The notes: a model not told the origin generated them from the sequence alone. DNA of 64,000 nt from Octopus vulgaris (GCA_951406725.2 OX597835.1:26350001-26414000), one strand, 5' to 3'; shown: positions 12,886 through 30,132, numbered from the stretch's first letter. A program made the numbers and translations.

Positions 12886-13408
12886 TCTTAACTGATTGGA
12901 AATGTTATAATGTACATTGTTTTGTCTTGGTATAAAAGATGGGCTACAGCAAATATTCTGCTCAATACCACAAATTTGCTTGTCAGTTGTTTGACTTTAA
13001 CCAGTTGAGCATGTCCTTCAGTGGCTGACGATATGTGCATCTTTGATCACGAGCAGAGGTAGTGGGGGAGCCTCATAGCCATGTGTTGAGAGGGATTCTT
13101 TGGGGTTTGAATAATTCACCTCTGGAAACTTAGGTGTTTCGTTCAACATCCTTAAACAACCCTTATTCAGGGATCTTTTGAGCGGGATGGGCTACCCAAC
13201 CCGAAGAAAATTCTAACTGGGCTCCACCCGCAAGGTCATGTGCTGTTAATCTTGATATGAGATCACCATGTCGCGCACATATGGTTGTGATGCATGTGCC
13301 TAGTGCACCCTTACCAGACAGGTAATCATGACGGGTATACTGAGCTTCGTATATTTTACCCCAGTGTCACTTTGATAGCATGTACTGCTCTCTCACTCAA
13401 TAATAATA
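12886..13408 (+). mobile_element. Non-coding retroposed repeat, family D, ending in ctctcactc(AAT)n
   Basis: The same sequence occurs at 22268-22908 (minus) and 26678-27029. Copies share the 3' end and differ in 5' truncation. Confidence 0.8.
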
Positions 13409-13785
13409 AAATATTAAGTCCAGACATAGTGGTACAGAAATTTGGAATAACTTGTAAATCATGTTGTATAGCATCAAGCATGGGATGTAAGATGCCAAAG
13501 TCGAATTGGGATAAACAAATAATCTACTACAATTGATAGACAATTGGGATCCGGTGCAAAGGCACTAAAACTGACAAGACAGCCAACGTAATGCATTCTG
13601 AAAGTTTGGACTTGAAACTTGGGAGTATAAAGTTTTAAATTGTATTTCGTTAGTGTTTGGAACAATGGCAGCCGACATTTATCGAAGTTGGTTTATTACA
13701 TGAACAATTGTATCGTCTAGATAATCGAATATACTGGCAGCTAACTATATTATATCTATCTATCTAACTATCTATCTATCTATCA

Positions 13786-13843
<58 letters not shown>

Positions 13844-13979
13844 TTTTTTTCCTCTTCCCCTTTTTTCCCCTTTTTTCTTCTTTATTCATTTCTCTTTTCT
13901 TTTGTTCCTTTTCCTTTTCTTCTTTTTTTAATTTTAATTTTTAAATTTTTTTTAATTTTATTTATATTTTTTTGTTCTT

Positions 13980-14131
13980 TTCTTCCCTTTTACGATCCCT
14001 CTTGATCGAAAACCTACGCCACCCCTTTTTTTTTGTTTCTTTTGTTTTTTGTTTTTTTCATCCCCCAAAAGAAAAGCTCTACCTTGTAACTTGTCCCATC
14101 TGTGTGCAGCCCTGTGTAGCCAATAAAGAAA
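13980..14131 (+). mobile_element. Possible LINE 3' terminus (pyrimidine-rich UTR, AATAAA, then microsatellite)
   Basis: ...ctctaccttgtaacttgtcccatctgtgtgcagccctgtgtagccAATAAAgaaa followed by (CTAT)n. No coding support. Confidence 0.3.
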
Positions 14132-14166
14132 CTTATCTATCTATCTACCTATCTTTCTATTTATCA

Positions 14167-14243
<77 letters not shown>

Positions 14244-14393
14244 TTTATCTATTTATCTATTTATCTATCTATCTATTTATATATCTCTCTATCTACCCAT
14301 ATATATATATGTGTGTGTGTGTGTATTATATTGTATTATATATTATATTATTGATCATATGTTTAATAAACTTTGTTATATACATATACATAA

Positions 14394-14437
<44 letters not shown>

Positions 14438-15112
14438 ACACACGAACACACACAACACACACACACACATGCCCAGTTGGTCTTGTCTTACGAGGATATT
14501 GTGATATTGATGCACGAGTTACGACAGCCTGTTCTACTTGTTACACCTGCAAATCTAAATATGGAATTTCATTGCATAATATGCATTGATATAGTAACCT
14601 GTCATCCGAAACAGCTGTCAAGATAAAACTTATTTACATCATGAAATTTGTATGCGCAACTTCACATATCAATAATTTTCTAACGCCTGTTATTATTTAT
14701 GTCTCTCCGGCTTACGCACACACACACACAACACACACACGCACAAATACACACACTGAGATATGTTAAAGTTGTTGTTGGAATTGTTGGGGATGTAATT
14801 CTCATAGTTCCGAATATTCTTAGTTTTGTTATTGTAGTTGTCATTGATATTCTTGTATGTAGCTGTCGTTGCTTTTGCTAGTGGTCATGTTATATCTGTT
14901 GTTGTTATTTCAACTATATTTGTTGCGGTTTATCATGATACTGACCCACATTTAACTGACCTAGGATAAAATGGGATCTCCAGGCGAAGCCACCGTCTTC
15001 TTTTACCTACATTATTGCCCGGTCTACAACGTGTTTTTCCTTTTATACGGCATGATTTGAAGGACATTTCTAGCCGGTTAAACAATTGAGTAGAGACACA
15101 CAAGTAAAACTT

Positions 15113-15717
15113 TCTACTATAGGCAGAAGGGCTGGAATTTTTGAGATGTAGTGTAAGTCGATCACATTGTTTCTGGTACCGGACTGGTACGTATTTTATA
15201 GACCCCGAAGGGTCAAAATGCAAAGTCGACCTAGGCGGAATTTGAACTCAGAAGATAAAGGGTCAGAAGAAATACCACTGAGCATTTTGTCTGAAGTGCT
15301 AACGGTTCTGTCATCTTGCCGCCAATAATAAAGGGTTTCAAATCTTGGCACAGGGTCAACAAGTTCGGGAGAGGGAGTAAGTCGATTACATCAACCCCAA
15401 TGCGTTACTGGTTGTGGTTTTTATTTTATCGACAAGGATGAAAGGCGAAGTCGCCCTCGGCGGAGTTTGAACTCAAAGCATAATGACGTACGCAATACCG
15501 CTAAATATTTTGCCCGGCGTTCTAACGATCTGCTAACTTGCAGCCAATAATAATAGTAATTATAATAGATCTTTTCTAATTTTGACACAAAGCCAGCAAT
15601 TTTTAGATACATACACACATACATCGTCTCCAGTAGTCAACTGGTACTTAGCTTATCAGCCCCGCCAACCGTAAGGATGAAAGGTAAAGTCAAGCTTTGC
15701 AAGGTTTGAACCCAGAA
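15113..15717 (-). mobile_element. Three tandem diverged copies of SINE family C (Meta-domain-like body)
   Basis: Units at ~15113-15323, 15335-15545 and 15572-15717 are reverse complements of gctggcagaatcgttag...gagttcaaattccgccgaggtcgactttgcctttcatcc...aagtaccag. Confidence 0.78.
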
Positions 15718-15889
15718 TCGAATAGGTAAATAGCTATGTTATAGATTTTAAATTTACACACAAGATTTACGGCGTGAACTTACACAAGCGTCGCTTATGT
15801 TTTGAGACAAGCGTATTACGTCTCGGAAGATTAGGTCCGGTTCTTGAGCCATTCGCAGATAGGCGGAAGCGTTTCTGTATGGTAGTGTG

Positions 15890-16270
15890 CTTTCGAATCA
15901 CATAGTTCCGGGTTCAGATTCATTTGCATGCAGTCTCACTCTGTGGCACCGAGGGCAACTGTCTTCTACTATAGCCCCGGGTTGACAAAAGCTATGAGAA
16001 TGGATTTGTTTGGGGGAAACTGAAAGAAGCCTGTTGTATATGTATGTGAGTATGTCTGTGTGTCTTCGTGCTTGTGTTTGTTTTCCACTATCGCTTGACA
16101 ACGGCTGGTCCTTTTTAGCTCCTCGGGAGAGGCCGAAAGAACAATTACCGGGATTTAAAAAACAAATATGTCCTGGGGTCGATTGGTTCGACTAACGTTC
16201 TTCAAGGCAATGCCCCAGCATGACCGTAGCCTAATGACTGTAACAAATAGGATAAAAAGATAAAAGATAA
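15890..16270 (+). mobile_element. Family-A SINE, diverged
   Basis: ccgggttcag...gtcttctactatagccccggg...aaggcaatgccccagcatgaccg...tgactg. Confidence 0.78.
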
Positions 16271-16311
16271 AAGCTACAGACAAGTCTCGAATTTGAGGAA
16301 AAGACATAGAT

Positions 16312-16895
16312 GAGACCTTAAAAGTCCGAAACGGCAAGGCCTTCCATGCCGTGTCAACGATGGTTGAGCATAGGATATTTGAGCCCCCCAAAAAACCCAG
16401 GAAAATTTTCCCATGAAAGGGCTCACCGGGTTAGTCGAAAGAACGAACGAACGAACGAGCGAGCGAACGAAACCCCAGGAGGATAAAACGCAAATGTGAA
16501 TCTCGGTGGGACTTGAACCCAGAACGTCAAAAGCAGTAAGGAAACATCACAAAACTATGTAGTGATTCTTCGAAATTGTGTGTTATTCCGCCCAGCGAGT
16601 TACCGATTCTTGAACGAGACCTTAGAAGACCGCAGCGGCAAAGGTTTCCATGCCGTGCCAACGATGGTTAAACGTAGGTTATATAAACCAAAAGAGCAGG
16701 AAAAATCTCCTACGAAAGGAGCCACAGCGACAGTTGAATAAACGAGCGAATCAAATGAACGAGCAAACGAACGGACGATACCCTAAACAGATAAAACGCA
16801 AAGTGGGTCACATGGGGACTTGATACCAGAACGTCAAAAGCTGTTATTAAACGCCATAACTGTGCGCTATTCTGTCCATCGAGTTACCGATTCTT
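16312..16895. repeat. Diverged tandem duplication of a ~300-bp unit containing a minus-strand family-C SINE head
   Basis: 16312-16610 is similar to 16616-16895 (gagacctta...ccatgccgtg.caacgatggtt...cagaacgtcaaaagc...cgagttaccgattctt). Confidence 0.8.
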
Positions 16896-17173
16896 TCATT
16901 CCATCGAGCCCATCCTCGTCCACCAATCATTTTAAACATAAAAACATAATACCATTGTATCTCACATGACAAAAATGACAATAGTTTATCAGTAATCGAC
17001 TTAGTAAACACGACTGAAGATGATATTTTGGAGACAATCTCTGGGATTAACTTGACACTCAACGCACACACACACGCATAAACTTATATGCATGTATGTG
17101 TCTGGATATATCTATATTATGCACACACATATTTCTGTAAGTTTATGTGCGTCTATCTCTCCCTCTAACTCTC

Positions 17174-17233
<60 letters not shown>

Positions 17234-17296
17234 GAGAGAAAGAGTCCGATAAATTGATATGTATATATATACACAGAGAAAGAGATCGATAAATTG

Positions 17297-17353
<57 letters not shown>

Positions 17354-17471
17354 TACGTATGTGCATGTACACATACATATATGCACATACGTACACATAT
17401 GTATGTATCTTTTAAGGTTTGAAAATGTGTATATTCGTAAGTGTATATGTATATTTGTTATTTATTTTCTG

Positions 17472-17532
<61 letters not shown>

Positions 17533-17838
17533 AACGCGTAGTAGATGAAACAAGGACAACTGAAGAAGGGGAATATTCCTTGTGTTGTATGTCTTGTACT
17601 CTTTTTTTTCGTTGTTTGAAAAAAGTTCATTTCTATGTATTTGATTTTATGTTTGAGTTTCTCATTGTGTTCAACGTTTCTTTTGATGCCCTGTGCCCAT
17701 ATATGCATGTATATATGCATATATATGTAGGTATGTACATATATGTATGTATATATGCATATATTTATATATTATTTATATTATTATATGATCGAACGCT
17801 ACGCATCCCCAGCTCAGATTGAAACACCTATTGTGTGT

Positions 17839-17870
<32 letters not shown>

Positions 17871-17874
17871 AGTT

Positions 17875-18030
17875 GAAATTATTAGAAAAACAAAAGACGA
17901 AGACAGGTGTATGAACAATTAGCAGGTGTATTAATTTGACACTTGGGAAAATGAAACAGTCTTTCACGTTTCGAGCGTATGTTCTTCAACAGAAAGGAAT
18001 AAGAGAATATAAACATAGAAGGAATGAAAA
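17875..18030 (-). mobile_element. Family-E short element with hammerhead-like motif (degenerate copy)
   Basis: Minus strand CUUU-CUGUUGAA-GAAC AUAC GCUC-GAAAC-GUG-AAAGAC. Related to 18205-18402, 36876-37066 and 42830-42990. Confidence 0.7.
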
Positions 18031-18204
18031 AGAAAAAAAGCGGTCAGGCTTGCCGAATGATTAAAAAAAAGTTTGAAAGACGAGGTTGAAAGGAAAGGAG
18101 ATAATGTGCTGATGATCCCAAATGAAGGTGCGCACATATATCCATTTTATCTCACACATAGTTATAACTATAATTATATGTATGTATTTATACACACACA
18201 CAGA

Positions 18205-18402
18205 TCGTTAGCCACTACACACATTTTTCGTTCTCCTTGTTTTTTCTTTCCTTCATTCTCTCCTTGTTTTTTCTGTGTCTGTAGAAGAGCGTAGGCTCGA
18301 AACGTAAAAGACTATTTCTATTCCTGAGCGTTATACTAGTACATCTATTTGTTTTGTACACCACCTGTCTTCGTCTTTTGTATTTTCCGTAAACTCTCCC
18401 TA
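18205..18402 (+). mobile_element. Family-E short element with hammerhead-like motif
   Basis: CTGTAGAA-GAGC GTAG GCTC-GAAAC-GTA-AAAGAC at 18279-18312, followed by ...caccacctgtcttcgtcttttg. Confidence 0.72.
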
Positions 18403-18434
18403 TATATATATATATATATACATATATACATACA

Positions 18435-18520
<86 letters not shown>

Positions 18521-18994
18521 CATGCATATATGGGCAAGCACAGAAGGGGAATAATTCATTTTACATTTATCGCCTAAACGGAATGTTTTCCATCGCTTAT
18601 CTTTGCTGATATTCCCACTTCATCGGACCTTTGGGTATTGATTAATATTATATATTTTCGCGATAATCCCATAAAGAAAACAAACTATTTATCAAGGTGA
18701 CATCGATCAACCTTATAGATAGGGATTTAATTATTTAATTATGCATTTGATAGCAAACTACTCTATTAATTGATTAGTTAAATAATTAATATATTAATTA
18801 ATAGTTTCCATTCAAGTAGGTTTCACACTATTTTCATTAGTAGGCATTTGACACAGTTTCCACCAATTAATCTTTCGAATAATTTGCTGATATATATCTA
18901 TATATCTATATCTATATCTATATCTATATATAGATATATATAGTGTGTGTGTGTGTGTGTGTGTGTAAATATATATTATATATACGTATATATT

Positions 18995-19036
<42 letters not shown>

Positions 19037-19399
19037 TTATTTGGCTATCTCTCTCACATTCTCTCTCCGCCCCCTCCGTCCCACTCCCTCCTTCTCTCTC
19101 TCTTTCTCCCCCCTCTCTCTCTATATATATATATATGTTACATATATGAAAACACAACGTGTGTGTTACTCGGTCACGCAAGGGGAAGATCAGTGATACA
19201 CCAAACCGAGTGGGAGTGCATGACAGCCACAAATGCTAAAGTAGGCGAACAGTTTTTAAAGATTTCTTTCTGAAGTCTCTTGCATTTTAATTAAAATAAA
19301 ACTGCAAGACCTGTCGTAAATTGTATTTGGCTTATCATTTTGATTAAACGCAAACACACACAAACACGCATACAAACACACACGATATATGTAAAGTCT

Positions 19400-20150
19400 T
19401 CTAGCTGACTTCCATTCTATACCTCGTTTATATTCTTCTGTCGTTCTTTGCATCAACCAATTCACTGACAATGAAAATAAGATTGATGATAGCACCTATA
19501 CTTGTTTGACCCCGGGTTTTGATTTCGAGTGGTTCTGTCAGCTTATTGTTGTGTATACCTGGACGTTTGAAGGTTTCATACAATAAGCGAATCAGCTTGA
19601 CTAATTCGTGTGCGAAACCCCAGCGTTTGAGAATCTTCAGAAATGTATCTCGGTGAAGGCCCTCGAAAGCTTTTTCAAAGACAACAAGCGGCATGTACGA
19701 AGATGAGTTCCATTCATGCGATTGTTCGAGTATTTGGCGAATTATATAAATATTGTCGATACATGAGTTTCCTTTGCTTAATCCAGTTTGCTCTCGGCGA
19801 AATAATTTGTCTCTTGCTGTTACGATGCGTCGTAATATAAAATGGATGAATATGGTGATTGATAATAGAGTGGTTCTTCTTCAGTTATTACAGTTTGATG
19901 CATCGCCTTTCTTTGGTAATTTCACAATGAATCCTTTTCCCCAGCTGTTTGGTATTTTCTCATTGATCCAGATATTTTGTAAAATCCTTTGGTAAGTAAT
20001 TGGTAATATTTTGACCGCTGCTTTAAACATTTCAGCACAAATTCCATCTAACCCTGATGATTTGCAATTTCTTAATTTACGGATAGCTTTTACGACTTCG
20101 TTTACCGTGATCTCTCTAATGTTGATTTCCAAGTCATTATCCGCTTCTTT
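19400..20150 (-). mobile_element. RTE-clade LINE reverse-transcriptase fragment (pseudogenised)
   Basis: EVVKAIRKLRNCKSSGLDGICAEMFK...IWINEKIPNSWGKGFIVKLPKKGDASNCNN...VVFEKAFEGLHR...LVKLIRLLYE...SILFSLSVNWLMQRTTEEYKRGIEW. Confidence 0.9.
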
Positions 20151-20605
20151 TATATATATAATCCATACAGTCTTCTACTATCGTTGGGCCCACCAAAGCC
20201 TTGTAAGTTGATTTAGTAGGTGGAAGCTGAAATAAAGTCTGCATCAGTATCTTTGCATGCTAATAAATCTCTCTCTCTCTCTTTCTCGTTCTCTTTCTTT
20301 CTGTGTGTGTGTTTGTGTGTATATACACACATATATATGCATATACAGTATGTGTATATATATGTACATATGTGTGTGTTTGTCTGTATATAAACACAGA
20401 TTCATTATGTTGGCTATATTTCCAACTGAGACGTAACAGCCGAATTTGATTCTTGGAGTGCTTCAATTCTGTGTATGTATATCTATCAACTAAGGTTGCT
20501 GATATTTATCAATGATTTTTTCCCCCATTGTGTTGATGCGCCATTTACTACCTTTAATGAAGCATTCCTCACTTTGACTACATGGGCATGCTGGGATACT
20601 GGGAT

Positions 20606-20642
<37 letters not shown>

Positions 20643-20655
20643 CATATACACGCAT

Positions 20656-20679
<24 letters not shown>

Positions 20680-20687
<8 letters not shown>

Positions 20688-21862
20688 ATACAAACATACA
20701 AACATGCATACATACGTACATACATGCATACATACATACATACATACATACATACATACATACACACATACACACACATACATACATACATACATACATA
20801 CATACATACATACATACATACAAACATACATACATACATACATACATACATACATACATACATACATACATACATACATACATACATACATACATACATA
20901 CATACATACATACATACATACATACATACATACATACATACATACATACATACATACATACATACATACATACATGTATACATACATACATACATACATA
21001 CATACATACATACATGCATACATACATACATACATACATACATACATACATACATACATACATACATACATACATACATACATACATACATACATACATA
21101 CATACATACATACATACATACATACATACATACATACATACATACATACATACATACATACATACATACATACATACATACATACATACATACATACATA
21201 CATACATACATACATACATACATGTATACATACATACATACATACATACATACATACATACAAACATACATACATACATACATACATACATACATACATA
21301 CATACATACATACATACATACACATACATACACATACATACATACATACATACATACATACATACAAACATACATACATACATACATACATACATACATA
21401 CATACATACAAACATACATACATACATACATACATACATACATACATACATACATACATACAAACATACATACATACATACATACATACATACATGTATA
21501 CATACATACATACATACATACATACATACATACATACATACATACATACAAACATACATACATACATACATACATACATACATAATACATACATACATAC
21601 ATACATACATACATACATACATACATACATACATACATACATACATACATACAAACATACATACATACAAACATACATACATACAAACATACATATATAC
21701 ATGTATACTTACATACATACAAACATACATACATACATACATACATACATGCATACATACATACATACATACATACAAACATACATACATACATACATAC
21801 ATACATACATACATACATACATACATACATACATACATACATACATACATACATACAAACAT
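20680..21862. repeat. ~1.2-kb (CATA)n tetranucleotide microsatellite
   Basis: Read directly from the sequence. It accounts for the 290-490 aa YIHT/MYVC ORFs. Confidence 0.98.
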
Positions 21863-22267
21863 ACGTACATATCAGCAGCTCTTGGTGGTGCAAATCAGAT
21901 ATGAAGTCTTGGTAGTTGTATTTTCAATACATTGTCTGGTTTAAAAACCCACATCAGACGCCAAGATGGATCTAAGGTGTAAGAGTTCGAGAGGTGGTCA
22001 GATTCTACATAAGGATTAGACAACCACCATATACATATAATTAAGATTCAATCGAATTAGATACTTAAATTGAGACACCTTGGTAGGTCTTCTAAATATA
22101 AGTAAATAGATTACCACTCATTTTATCCTGAACCCCACTATTTCTCTGCTACACCCTAAATTATGTATGCATTATTTTCTAAACGAATTCTGCCACAGAT
22201 ATGACAAATGAAACAATGTAAATATTTTGAGTTCCATTATTAATGTAAATATGTTAAAAAATGGTTA

Positions 22268-22346
<79 letters not shown>

Positions 22347-22908
22347 GAGTGAGTGAGTAGAGTGAGTGAGACAGCAGTGTGTGGCATGAAATTGAGACTA
22401 GGGCACAAATATACGAAGCCCAGTATACTCATCATGATTACCCGTCTGGTAGGGTACACTAGGTCCATGCATCACAAACATATGTGCGCAACATGGTCAC
22501 CTCATATCAAGATAAACAACGCATTACCTTGCAGGAGGGGGCCAGTTAGAATTTTATTCTGGTCGAGTAACCCGTCCTGCTCAAAAGGTCCCTGAATAAT
22601 GGTCGTTTAAGGATGCTGAACAAAACATCCATGTTTCCAAGGTGAATTATTCAACCCCCAAATAATTCCTCTCAACACAGGGCTATGATGTTCCTCTGCT
22701 ACTTCTGCTCGTGATCAGAGATGCACATATCGTCAGCCACTAAGGGACATGCTCAAACGGTTATGGTCAAACAACTGACAAGCAAATCTGTTGTATTGGG
22801 CAGAATATTTGCTGCAGCTCATCTTTTTTGCGAAGACAAAACATGTACATGATAATTCTTCCCATCAGTTAAGATCAGAAGCCACGAGAGCCAATGCCTG
22901 GTACTGCA
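22268..22908 (-). mobile_element. Family-D retroposed repeat, longest copy, embedded in (ATT)n/(ATC)n
   Basis: Reverse complement of 12886-13408, with extra 5' sequence gcagtaccaggcattggctctcgtggcttctgatc. Confidence 0.82.
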
Positions 22909-23089
22909 TCATCGTCGTCGTTGTCGTCGTCGTCGTCATCATCATCATCAACATCATGATCATCACCACCATCATCAACATCATCACCACCACCATCATC
23001 ATCGTCATCATCATCATCATCATCATCATCATTATCATCATCACCACCATCATCATCATCATCATCATCATCATTATTATTATTATTAC

Positions 23090-23170
<81 letters not shown>

Positions 23171-23226
23171 CATCATTATTATTATTATTATCATCATTAT
23201 TATTATTATTATTATTATCATTATTA

Positions 23227-23260
<34 letters not shown>

Positions 23261-23268
23261 CATCATTA

Positions 23269-23314
<46 letters not shown>

Positions 23315-23316
23315 CA

Positions 23317-23397
<81 letters not shown>

Positions 23398-23676
23398 TTA
23401 TTATTATCATTATTATCATCATCATCGTGGTTTTGGATAAACGGACGTGATTTCGAACACCACCGCTACAGGAAACTTGGAGTTTTACCAAGTGTTTACC
23501 GGGTGAAATAATGAAAACCTTTGCAAAGCTTAACAAACAGAAGAGACAGTGAATTCTCAATATGAAAAATAGGATTACTTTTAATGGAAGCTAAACACTT
23601 CATTGTTTGTTATTCCAAGTATCTCGTTTCCGATTTTCGCACGATTAAATATATATATATATATATATATATGTGG

Positions 23677-23721
<45 letters not shown>

Positions 23722-23989
23722 TCGTAATCGGGTATGTGTGTGTGTATATCTGTGGGTGCGTGTGTGTCTGCGTGTGTGTGCAGAGTGATATATTTATACA
23801 TATATGTAAGGTGTTTGTGCATTATCTAATAAGTGAATAAATTATTGAATATCCAATAAAATAAAATGACAGCCAATATCTACGAAAACCAACAACTCAA
23901 TTATTCGAAAATGAGTCAAAGAGGAAAAAATTTGATATCAGAAATCAACAACCAATACTGTTCGATAATCACTTCATCATGATTGTTAC

Positions 23990-24056
<67 letters not shown>

Positions 24057-24099
24057 TATTATTATTATTATTATTATCATTATTTATTATTATTATTAC

Positions 24100-24132
<33 letters not shown>

Positions 24133-24163
24133 TACTACTACTATTATTATTATTATTATTATT

Positions 24164-24204
<41 letters not shown>

Positions 24205-24264
24205 TGTGGTGATGGTGGTGATGGTGGTAGTGGTGGTCGTGGTCGTAATAGTAGTAGTAGTAGT

Positions 24265-24316
<52 letters not shown>

Positions 24317-25086
24317 CAGCAATAGTAGTAGTAGTGGTTGTGGTGGTGGTGGTAGTAGTAGTAGTAGTTTCATAATGTTTTTCCATCAACCAACGTTTTA
24401 CTTATGATCGAATATTCTGGATTTTGAAATCCAATTTGCAAAATAACCCGCCACAAAAGTAATAACAACAACAATGAAGTTTCAAGTTAGATAATTTTTC
24501 AAATTTGATTATAATTTTAGAAAGAATTACTGATATTACACAGTACCGAGAAAATATTATTCGATTCTAATTTGTTCTAAAAATATACACAAAATCAACA
24601 AGAACGGAAAGAGGACGTAAATGAAGAGAGCTGTAACATAAGCAACAACAATAATAATTACAATATTAACGATAATAGCAATAATAACAAATCATCCTTT
24701 ATTTAATATAATAGCAGCCATGTTGGTTTTAATCAACAGCAAACTCCGAAACAGGATCAATTTGTTTGTGTTTTATAAATTTATAAATTAAGTACCGAAA
24801 CAGCAACAGTGACGAGAATACCAGCAGCAGCAGCTGCAGCAGAAGTAAAATGATTAAGGCAGGAGTAAAAAATGACAGCAGCCGTAGATGAAGCACTGCC
24901 GCAGAAATAAAAAGGCCCTCAGCAGCAAGCAGTTTAAACGGCAGTAGCTGAAATGAAAGCGATAGTAGGAGTGAAGGGAGGAGTAAAAGAGACAACAGCA
25001 GTAAAAACGAGAGCAACATCACATTATAAAAATAAAACTACTGAATAATAATAATAATGATGATGACAATAACAATGATAATGATA

Positions 25087-25183
<97 letters not shown>

Positions 25184-25359
25184 TAACAACAACAACAACA
25201 AGAATACTAATAATAATAATAATGATGATGATGATACTAATAATAATGATGATGATGATAATAATAATAAGAAGAAGAATAACAATAACAATAACAATAA
25301 CAATAATAATAATAGTAATAATAACAATAACAATAACAATAATAATACTAGTAATAGTA

Positions 25360-25444
<85 letters not shown>

Positions 25445-25485
25445 CGACGACGACGACGACGACGACAACAACAACAACAACAACA
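22909..25485. repeat. Cluster of compound trinucleotide arrays (ATC/ATT/GTC, AGT/GGT, AAT/GAT/GAC/AAC) separated by unique AT-rich spacers
   Basis: Arrays at 22909-23426, 23985-24368 and 25043-25485. Confidence 0.9.
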
Positions 25486-27788
<2,303 letters not shown>

Positions 27789-28133
27789 ATCAATAAAATA
27801 TTAGTTATAGTAATATAATAGCGACAATAATAATAGTAATAATAAGAACAATCTTATGATAAAAGTAATAACATACTCAAACTACAAGATTATCACAAAA
27901 TCGATCTGTTTATTACTAATCTACTACTAGTTTATTATCTATTGATTGCAAGCTATATATATGTGTGTATGTGAGCATGTGTATGTGTGTGTGTGTTTGT
28001 GTGTTTGTGTGTGGATTGATGAATGGATGGATGGAGGGAAGGAGAGATTCATGGCTGGCTGGATGTGTGCGTGCACGTCTGGGACCGTACATCTCTCTCT
28101 ATGTGTGTATGTATGTATATATATATATATATG

Positions 28134-28224
<91 letters not shown>

Positions 28225-28582
28225 ATATACATACATACACACACATACATACATTGTATGTATATATGTGCATATATGTATGTATGTATGTTTATGTACA
28301 GGCCCATAAATGAACACAAATTTAGTGGGAGACAGGTGACGGAGTTTGGGAATAAGAGAAGCAGATCGAAATTGTTCTGATTTGAAATGATTGATCAATT
28401 GATTCATTGTTTGATTGCCTAATCGAAGAATTTGATTGAGTTTTGATTGAATGACTTTCAATGGCGGAATTGTGTTGCAAGAATATCCTTACATCTTAAT
28501 GTAGGCACGCAATAATGTCCCTCTCTTTTCAACAAGTAATTCAATCGTCAATGCATGTACTTGCTTTTATATGTATGTGTGT

Positions 28583-28669
<87 letters not shown>

Positions 28670-29482
28670 CATAGATATGTATGTATATATATACATATAT
28701 ACATACATAGATATATGTATGTATATACATATATATATACATATATATACTGTATATACACATATATTTATACATACATATATAGGTATATGTATATGTA
28801 TATGCAACCATATACATATAAAAGCAACCACACACACACTCATATGTATGTATATATAAACACATACATATATATATATCTATATACTTACACGTTTACG
28901 TGTGTGAATATAAATATGTATGTGTGTACGTGTGTAAGCGTAAATACATATGTATATTTATATATATATATATATATATATATAGATATATAGATATTAT
29001 ATATATATATATATATATACGTGTGTGTGTGCATATGTATGTATTCATGTAGATAAGTGTGTATATAAACGTGCATGTGTACTTGTGTGCGCGTGTGTGC
29101 GTGCAATTGTGTATGTGTACCTGGGTATGTGTATGTGTGTGTGTGTGTCTATGGATGTTTCTGTCTGTAAGTGTATTAATAAGATGAGTTGTATTTTAGC
29201 AAATGGAACTTCATAAGTGTTTCATATTTGAAAAAGATGATCAGATAAACTTAATGCATTTCGATCTCTACCTACCTATCGCCGCCATCCTCCATCTCCT
29301 CCATGGTCGTCCTTCACTCTCTTTATACATTCACACACACACACAGATACGCATATTCATTATGTGTGTGTGTGCGTGTGTGTGTGTGTGTGAGAGAGAG
29401 AGAGTATATGTGTGTGTGTACGTTCATGCACACTACCACGCTTGAACAAAATACACAATATTAAACTCCCTATATGTTTGCA

Positions 29483-29614
<132 letters not shown>

Positions 29615-29763
29615 GTGTACGTGCATGAGAACAAGTTTGAAAGTTTGTATGTGTGCGTAATTTTTTTAAACAATAACAAGTAAAACCTTATATACATTCA
29701 CACACATCTTTAATATTTGTATATTTATATGTATACATACACACAGACACACACAGACACACA

Positions 29764-29873
<110 letters not shown>

Positions 29874-30041
29874 CATGTATGTATAACTGTGTGCATATAA
29901 ATATATATGCATTCATACCTATATATTGACATATGCATATACATTTATCTATAATTTGCGTATTTTCTTCTAACGTGCAAAACAGTCAATAACGAAAAAC
30001 GTGAAAGTACTAGAAAGAACAACAATGAAAATAGTAGTCGT

Positions 30042-30076
<35 letters not shown>

Positions 30077-30132
30077 TAGAAGTAGAACTAATAGTAGCAG
30101 CAACAGTAATACCGTTGTTGTTATTATTATTA

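Noticed and set aside
20475-21944. Long ORFs of 293-489 aa
   Set aside because: Pure translation of (CATA)n, which has no stop codon in any frame.
23427-23640. Possible small host exon
   Set aside because: Weak splice signals and no recognisable peptide.
24729-25022. Hydrophobic 97-aa ORF resembling a membrane protein
   Set aside because: Degenerate (CAG/AGT/AAC) trinucleotide sequence with no splice or homology support.
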